Below the pieces are notes generated by a model. The model was not told where the DNA came from. It saw nothing but the letters and a program-made list of their open reading frames with translations, and did not search any database. DNA of 32,000 nucleotides, from the NCBI RefSeq assembly GCF_004376175.1, contig NZ_SNUY01000002.1, positions 1-32,000 on the forward strand. The letters are read 5' to 3'. Shown piece after piece: positions 26,574 to 32,000 of this stretch (the stretch's first letter is position 1; each line of letters opens with the position of its first letter). This DNA is from Halalkalibacterium halodurans. GTDB taxonomy: Bacteria > Bacillota > Bacilli > Bacillales > Bacillaceae_D. The position numbers and the translations under genes were made by a program.

Positions 26574-27680
26574 TTACATGGCTTTACGTTTGGCAATGAC
26601 AAACGGCTGTTCAGGGGCTCCAGCAAATTGTCGGTTCGGTGATATAAGGATATCTTTATCAAGGATGACATGGTCTAGGTGGGTATCCTCATGAATGTAA
26701 CAACGCTGCATAATGATCGAGTTTTTAATCGATACCCCTTTAGCCACATACACGCCGCGAAACAAGATCGAGTTTTCAACATGACCTTCAATGACGCAGC
26801 CGTTTGCAACTAAAGAGTTCGATACTTCTGAGCCGTTCACATACTTTGCTGGCGGTTCATCTTTAATTTTTGTATAGATAGGGGAACCAGCTAAAAAGAG
26901 CGATTGGTAGATTTCTGGCTTTAAAAGGTCCATGCTATGTTTGTAGTAGCTAGCAACAGAAGAAATGATTGAGAGATAGCCTTTATATTCATACGCGCGA
27001 ATTGCGAGCTCATTAAGATTGCTCATAATACCGTCTACAAACAGATCTTGCTTGTGGTACCCTATGCAGTGATTTAAAAGCTCCAAGAGTAATTCTTTGC
27101 GAATAATGTACATTTGCATATAAAGATTCGAATTCATTTCGTCATTGGTGATACTTTTCACATTTCCAAACGAATCAAACTCAAGCTTCATTCGATACCG
27201 ATCCTCTGGTTCAAGCTGATCCACTTTTTTATATAAAACGGTCACATCCGCTTTCGTTTCTTGGTGTCTTTTGAAGGCATCCTCGTAATCAACCTTCGAG
27301 ATGAATTGACTTCCACTAACAAGGACGTGATCGGCGTTTCCGCGATGAAAGAAATCACGATGGTTATGAAAGTGACGTAAATCTCCTTTCGAAATGTCGG
27401 TAGGATCATTCCAATCAGGAGGAAGGATAAATAATCCACCTCGTTTTCGATTTAAATCCCATGGAGCACCTGTTCCTAAGTGATCCATAAGGGAGCGATA
27501 TTTATTTCGGGCAAACACGGCGATATCTTGGATACCGTTATTCACCATATTGGAAAGAACAAAATCAATCATCCGGTAGCGTCCGCCAAACGGGACACCT
27601 GCTACGCTGCGAAAATACGTAAGCTCGTGCAACAGGTCTTGATCGTGATCGAGGTTAACAACACCCATAAGTGATTTCAT
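26574..27680 (-). CDS. glgD: Glucose-1-phosphate adenylyltransferase regulatory subunit GlgD
   Basis: The protein is paralogous to GlgC but lacks the GGxGxRL catalytic loop. ORF 26574..27704. I prefer the ATG at 27680 (MKSLMGVV), 8 nt after AAAGGAG. Confidence 0.85.
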   Translation of the reverse strand: MKSLMGVVNLDHDQDLLHELTYFRSVAGVPFGGRYRMIDFVLSNMVNNGIQDIAVFARNKYRSLMDHLGTGAPWDLNRKRGGLFILPPDWNDPTDISKGDLRHFHNHRDFFHRGNADHVLVSGSQFISKVDYEDAFKRHQETKADVTVLYKKVDQLEPEDRYRMKLEFDSFGNVKSITNDEMNSNLYMQMYIIRKELLLELLNHCIGYHKQDLFVDGIMSNLNELAIRAYEYKGYLSIISSVASYYKHSMDLLKPEIYQSLFLAGSPIYTKIKDEPPAKYVNGSEVSNSLVANGCVIEGHVENSILFRGVYVAKGVSIKNSIIMQRCYIHEDTHLDHVILDKDILISPNRQFAGAPEQPFVIAKRKAM

Positions 27681-27700
27681 TTGATCCAGCTCCTTTATCA

Positions 27701-28852
27701 TCATTGATTTGCTGCAATTGAAGGGGAAAATTCAGTATCTTTATCGATGACGAGAATATCATCTGGATCGCTTGGAGCTAAGTGAGTACCTGATGGGATG
27801 CACGCTCCTTCCATAATAATTGTTCGCCGAAGAACGACATTTTCTCCCACTTTTACATTTGGCATTAACACAGATTCGAAGACTGAGGAGTTTGCACCGA
27901 TATGGACACCAGGAAACAAAATGGATTGCTCTACATTTCCATGGACGACGCACCCTTCATTCACGAGTGAGCATCTAACGTAGGCTCTCGTCGAAATATA
28001 TTGAGGTGGCTGGTTACGATTGACCGAGTAAATCCGCCAAGACGGATCATTTAACATCAGAGAAGAATGTTCATCCAGTAAGTCCATATTAGCTTCCCAA
28101 TAACTTTTGATTGTTCCAACATCTTTCCAATAACCTTCAAACGGGTAGGCGACAAGCTTTAAATCTTTTGCGAGCATTTTCGGTATAATATCTTTTCCAA
28201 AGTCATGGCTCGAGTTTGCTTGCTTCGCATCTTGGATCAGATAGGATTTTAGTACAGACCAATTAAAAATATAAATGCCCATTGAAGCGAGGTTGCTTAT
28301 CGGTGTGGTCGGTTTTTCTTCAAATTGGGTAATCGTCATTTCCTCATTTGTATTCATAATGCCAAAACGACTCGCTTCTTCCCATGGGACTTCAATGACT
28401 GAAATCGTAGCATCAGCCCCGAGTTTTTTATGATGGCTAAGCATGCGGTCGTAGTCCATTTTGTAAATGTGATCCCCTGATAAAATGAGGACATATTCAG
28501 GATCATACTGCTCAATGTAGTATCTGTTTTGGTAGATGGCGTCAGCGGTACCTTTGTACCAAGAGCCTCCTTGTTTTTCGATGTAGGGAGGGAGAACGAT
28601 CACTCCTCCGTGACGTCGATCTAAATCCCAAGGACTCCCGATTCCAATGTGACCGTTTAAGGCGAGCGGTTCGTATTGGGTAAGAACACCAACCGTATCG
28701 ATACCTGAGTTCGTGCAATTGCTCAATGGGAAATCGATAATTCGATATTTCCCCCCAAAATAGACAGCTGGCTTTGCTAACTTTCTAGTCAGTTGACCAA
28801 GCCTCTTTCCTTCTCCTCCTGCAAGGAGCATTCCTACAATTTCTTTTTTCAT
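27701..28852 (-). CDS. glgC: Glucose-1-phosphate adenylyltransferase GlgC
   Basis: The ORF extends to 29014, but ATG at 28852 ([22 protein letters not shown]) lies 7 nt after GAGGTG. That start matches the conserved GlgC N-terminus (LAGGxGxRL) and gives 383 aa. Confidence 0.92.
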   Translation of the reverse strand: MKKEIVGMLLAGGEGKRLGQLTRKLAKPAVYFGGKYRIIDFPLSNCTNSGIDTVGVLTQYEPLALNGHIGIGSPWDLDRRHGGVIVLPPYIEKQGGSWYKGTADAIYQNRYYIEQYDPEYVLILSGDHIYKMDYDRMLSHHKKLGADATISVIEVPWEEASRFGIMNTNEEMTITQFEEKPTTPISNLASMGIYIFNWSVLKSYLIQDAKQANSSHDFGKDIIPKMLAKDLKLVAYPFEGYWKDVGTIKSYWEANMDLLDEHSSLMLNDPSWRIYSVNRNQPPQYISTRAYVRCSLVNEGCVVHGNVEQSILFPGVHIGANSSVFESVLMPNVKVGENVVLRRTIIMEGACIPSGTHLAPSDPDDILVIDKDTEFSPSIAANQ

Positions 28853-29299
28853 TCGCATCCACCTCGCCCTGTTTAATCGATGTAAAGAATAGATAGTTGA
28901 AATATATAAAAATGAAACATTCATCTCTATGTAAGAGAGAACGGTTTCAATTCCTAGTTTTTTCAGAAATTGCCTTCGTCCATAAAGATACAGAAAAATC
29001 GGAATATTTCGCACAAAACTTGTCGATTTTTGAAAAGAAATGATAGATAATTTAGATCGAATATACTAAAATAAAAGAGGACTAAAGTTTTAGGTTGTTT
29101 GATTGATCGACATGACTTGAAAACCGATTAAATGATAATGTATTCCTAATTTAAAGAGGTTGTCCAAGCCATTGTCAGTCATCTCGTTATAAATTTAAAA
29201 TGAAAATAGGTAGAATTTATTGGTAAAAAAGTCATTTGACTCAAATTGAACACATATCGAATCAGAGTCAATGTAATTTGCATAATTGGAGGTCGATCA

Positions 29300-29758
29300 A
29301 TGAATCACAAACATGTAAATGCTATTTGTCGTGCTACAAGAGGAATTTTAACCAATCATTTCGGTGTGGAAGCTACACCGAAAAACCCTAGTGCTGGATC
29401 TGGAAATATCCCATCAAATGATGTGGCCGTGATCTTAGGTGTTAAAGGAGAGTTACGTGGACAAATTATCTGTTCGTTTTCAGATAGAACCGCCAAAAAA
29501 CTCGTCAGCATTATGATGGGGGGGATGGAAATCCATCAGCTAGATCAAATTGGTTGGAGCGCCGTTCAAGAATTCGGCAATTGGGTAGCAGGAAACACAG
29601 CAACTGAACTTTCAAAGGAAGCCTGTATTATTGATGTTACGCCACCAGTTGTCAACGAGGGTAATTCTACATTTCGCTCTGCGGCACCGTTCATTACGGT
29701 TCCCTTAACGAGTCAAATTGGAGATATACAAGTGCATATTTCGGTAAAAAACGATTAG
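29300..29758 (+). CDS. CheX/CheC-like chemotaxis phosphatase-fold protein (stand-alone)
   Basis: ORF 29246..29758. ATG at 29300 follows TTGGAGG. The ~150-aa sequence pattern (..AVILGVKGELRGQIICSFSDRTAKKLVSIMMGG.., ..EFGNWVAGNTATEL..) resembles CheX-family proteins. The assignment is by motif recollection, not a search. Confidence 0.6.
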   Translation: MNHKHVNAICRATRGILTNHFGVEATPKNPSAGSGNIPSNDVAVILGVKGELRGQIICSFSDRTAKKLVSIMMGGMEIHQLDQIGWSAVQEFGNWVAGNTATELSKEACIIDVTPPVVNEGNSTFRSAAPFITVPLTSQIGDIQVHISVKND

Positions 29759-29776
29759 AAGTATTAAACGTAAAAG

Positions 29777-29805
29777 GCTCATTGGATGTTCAATGGGCTT
29801 TTTTT
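29777..29805 (+). terminator. Rho-independent terminator after the CheX-like gene
   Basis: GCTCATTG (29777-29784) pairs with CAATGGGC (29791-29798, one G-U), followed by TTTTTTT. Confidence 0.75.
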
Positions 29806-30213
29806 CACTTAAATAAGTTAAAGCGAGTGTTCTGTGTGGTTATAATTGGAATGAATCTTATTGTTCTTTTGAAGATCAAGTGTGTTCGCCAAAAGAAAGA
29901 TTAAGAGAGTATGATATATGCAAGATATCTGTTGTATGTTGTGCACAATTAATGAAATGTGTCTCACATATTCAATTCAATTATAAATCACGAAAGAAGA
30001 GAGAGTCTACAGAAAAAATGGACTTTTACGGGAAATTCATGTAACAAAAACTGACGTAAGTCGAGGGATTTTTCTTAGGCTTTATGACTGTTCAACAATG
30101 AAAAAACAGGGTAAACTCTCTATGGAAACCTTTAAATAAAGATGTTTCTTTGGTTATTTTTATAAGTGGGAAATCAGCTTTAGATAAATGATCGATGCGA
30201 GGGGTGTAGAATA

Positions 30214-31752
30214 TTGTCAAAAATCGATATGTCGAAGTTCGAAAAGAAAATGATCTTGCGCAACATCCACGAGGACGACTTTGATGCCATCATAGCGATG
30301 CAACAAATTTGTTTTCCTAATATGGAGCCATGGAAACGCGAGCATTTAGAAAGTCATTTGAAAATATTCCCTGAAGGGCAATTTTGTGTTGAGTACGATG
30401 GTAAGGTGATTGGCTCTTGTGCAAGCTTAATCATAAATTTTGATGAATACGACGACCAACATACGTGGGACGAAATTACAGACAATGGTTTTATCACGAA
30501 TCATGATCCAGAAGGGTACAACCTGTATGGAATCGAAGTGATGGTTCATCCTGAATATCGGCGGATGAAAATCGGTCGACGGCTATACGAAGCGAGAAAA
30601 GATTTAGCTAGACAGCTTAATCTAAAAAGCATCATTATTGGGGGGCGTATTCCAAACTACTACAAACATGCAGATCAAATGACGCCCAGACAGTATGTAG
30701 AAGAAGTGATGATGCATAACATTTATGATCCCGTACTTACCTTTCAAGTAATGAATGGCTTTACTTTAAAACGAGTGAACAATAACTATTTACAAGATGA
30801 CAAAGCTTCGATGAAATACGCGACGTTAATGGAGTGGAACAATATTGACTATCGTCCCAGTTCGCCGAAGCGTCAATTTAAGACTGCGTTCCCAGTACGA
30901 ATTACCACCATTCAGTACGAGATGAAAAAGATTTCATCATTTGAGGATTTTGCTATCCAATGTGAATATTACACGGATGTGGCTGCTAGCTATCAATCAG
31001 ACTTTGCCGTTTTCCCAGAAATCTTTACACTACAGCTCCTTTCGTTTTTACCGGAAAAAAGCCCGAGCTTGGCGATTCGCCGATTAACCGAATTTACCGA
31101 AGATTATATTGAACTATTTACGAACTTAGCGATCAAATACAACATTAACATCATCGGTGGTTCTCATTTCGTTGAAGAGGATGGGAAAATTTACAACATT
31201 GCCTACCTCTTCAGACGGGATGGGACGATTGAGAAACAATATAAACTCCACATTACACCAAACGAACGCAAATTTTGGGGGATTACTGGTGGCGATGAAG
31301 TACGGGTGTTTGATACAGATTGTGGAAAAATCGCGATTCAAATATGCTACGACATTGAGTTTCCAGAACTTGCTCGAATTGCCGTCGATAAAGGAGCCAA
31401 CATTATTTTCACGCCGTTTTGTACGGACGACAGGCAAGGGTATTTGCGCGTTCGTTACTGCTCACAAGCTCGTGCCATTGAAAATCAAGTCTATACGGTC
31501 TTATCTGGTACGGTCGGAAATCTCCCTGACGTGGAAAACATGGATATTCAATATGCTCAGTCTGGGATTTTCAGCCCTTCGGATTTCACTTTTGCCCGAG
31601 ATGGTGTTGTTGGGGAATGCAGCCCGAATATTGAAACCGTCGTGGTAGGTGATGTGGACTTGGAAATTCTCCGCCGTCACCGAAGAGCAGGAAGTGTGAA
31701 CCAGCTTCGAGATCGTCGCCATGATATATATGGCATACAATACAAAAAATAA
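30214..31752 (+). CDS. yhcX: Bifunctional GNAT N-acetyltransferase / carbon-nitrogen hydrolase (nitrilase-superfamily) fusion protein, YhcX-like
   Basis: TTG start lies 7 nt after GAGGGGTG. The N-terminal ~210 aa form a GNAT domain (YRRMKIGRRLYEARKDLA). The C-terminal ~280 aa form a CN hydrolase with the catalytic Cys context (IAIQICYDIEFPE) and Glu/Lys motifs. The 512-aa architecture matches B. subtilis YhcX as I recall it. Confidence 0.85.
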   Translation: MSKIDMSKFEKKMILRNIHEDDFDAIIAMQQICFPNMEPWKREHLESHLKIFPEGQFCVEYDGKVIGSCASLIINFDEYDDQHTWDEITDNGFITNHDPEGYNLYGIEVMVHPEYRRMKIGRRLYEARKDLARQLNLKSIIIGGRIPNYYKHADQMTPRQYVEEVMMHNIYDPVLTFQVMNGFTLKRVNNNYLQDDKASMKYATLMEWNNIDYRPSSPKRQFKTAFPVRITTIQYEMKKISSFEDFAIQCEYYTDVAASYQSDFAVFPEIFTLQLLSFLPEKSPSLAIRRLTEFTEDYIELFTNLAIKYNINIIGGSHFVEEDGKIYNIAYLFRRDGTIEKQYKLHITPNERKFWGITGGDEVRVFDTDCGKIAIQICYDIEFPELARIAVDKGANIIFTPFCTDDRQGYLRVRYCSQARAIENQVYTVLSGTVGNLPDVENMDIQYAQSGIFSPSDFTFARDGVVGECSPNIETVVVGDVDLEILRRHRRAGSVNQLRDRRHDIYGIQYKK

Positions 31753-31780
31753 AGGGGGAAGAGACTGGGACAACACTAGC

Positions 31781-31968
31781 TAAACGTAATAAAAAAGGTT
31801 CGGATCATTTTATTTCGATGATCTGAACCTTTTTTCTGTTTTATTTATGGGATCGTCTGTTGTTTGCTTGGCGTTTAGTGCCGTGATCTTTCGTAAGTTC
31901 ACAGCTATGAAGGCAAACCCTCATTCATTTCTGACATTTTCGTTGCCCCTTACGGCCAATCGAGTGAA
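31781..31968 (+). repeat. Dispersed intergenic repeat, copy 2
   Basis: See copy 1 (7156..7347). It has the same orientation and the same position relative to the upstream stop codon. Confidence 0.8.
31791..31836. terminator. Bidirectional rho-independent terminator (part of repeat copy 2)
   Basis: The structure is AAAAAA-GGTTCGGATCAT (31797-31808)...ATGATCTGAACC (31818-31829)-TTTTTT: a 12-bp stem with one G-U. Confidence 0.8.
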
Positions 31969-32000
31969 ACGTATAAAAACTTTATCATATTCCCAACAGG

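Noticed and set aside
28853-29014. 54-codon N-terminal extension of the glgC ORF ([15 protein letters not shown]...).
   Set aside because: The extension is AT-rich with odd composition and no SD. The internal ATG at 28852 has a GAGGTG SD and reproduces the conserved GlgC N-terminus.
7156-31968. The two direct repeats as boundaries of a 24.6-kb genomic island or composite transposon.
   Set aside because: The copies are only about three-quarters identical. The interior carries housekeeping-type operons (glg, ugp, siderophore uptake) at ordinary composition. There is no integrase, recombinase or tRNA anchor. The single IS is internal and unrelated to the repeats.
1-32000. Scan for CRISPR arrays, tRNA/rRNA genes, tandem repeats, toxin-antitoxin pairs or known defence-system gene signatures.
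   Set aside because: I saw no regularly spaced direct repeats, no cloverleaf-like or rRNA-like segments and no small paired ORFs. No nuclease, helicase, methylase or ATPase genes occur outside the ABC transporters. Every ORF longer than ~150 aa is accounted for by metabolic, transport, regulatory or IS functions.

Overview
This is a chromosomal window from a low-GC Gram-positive bacterium (Bacillaceae). Gene content, frequent TTG/GTG starts behind strong GGAGG-type Shine-Dalgarno sites and acidic linkers on the lipoproteins suggest an alkaliphilic Bacillus/Halalkalibacterium-like genome. That assignment is inference only.

Gene content, left to right:
- A plus-strand aldouronate/xylo-oligosaccharide-type cluster: LplA-like lipoprotein SBP, two permeases, a UxuB-like SDR and a GH39 beta-xylosidase. 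A Mn catalase gene follows.
- A tartrate-dehydrogenase-family enzyme plus an FAH-family enzyme.
- An AT-rich IS4-family insertion sequence, with its transposase on the minus strand.
- A PucR/CdaR-type regulator and a small GNAT.
- A seven-gene operon: HAD-IIA phosphatase, GlpP antiterminator, UgpC/A/E/B-like ABC importer and a cytoplasmic glycerophosphodiesterase. Its leader carries five phased PhoP-type boxes and a large terminator-like hairpin.
- A minus-strand ferric-siderophore ABC operon (two FecCD permeases plus an ATPase) behind a perfect 7-1-7 Fur box.
- A minus-strand glgC-glgD-glgA-glgP operon with no glgB.
- An orphan CheX-like gene flanked by two ~450-bp AT-rich spacers.
- A YhcX-like GNAT/carbon-nitrogen-hydrolase fusion.

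I saw no rRNA, tRNA, CRISPR array, phage genes or recognisable defence system.

Two things are least explained by ordinary annotation. One is a ~190-bp dispersed intergenic repeat, in two same-orientation copies, each starting just 3' of a stop codon and containing a terminator hairpin with compensatory changes. The other is the apparently dual (PhoP-box plus GlpP/attenuator) control of a self-contained glycerophosphodiester phosphate-scavenging operon. I cannot demonstrate a genuinely new system from sequence alone.
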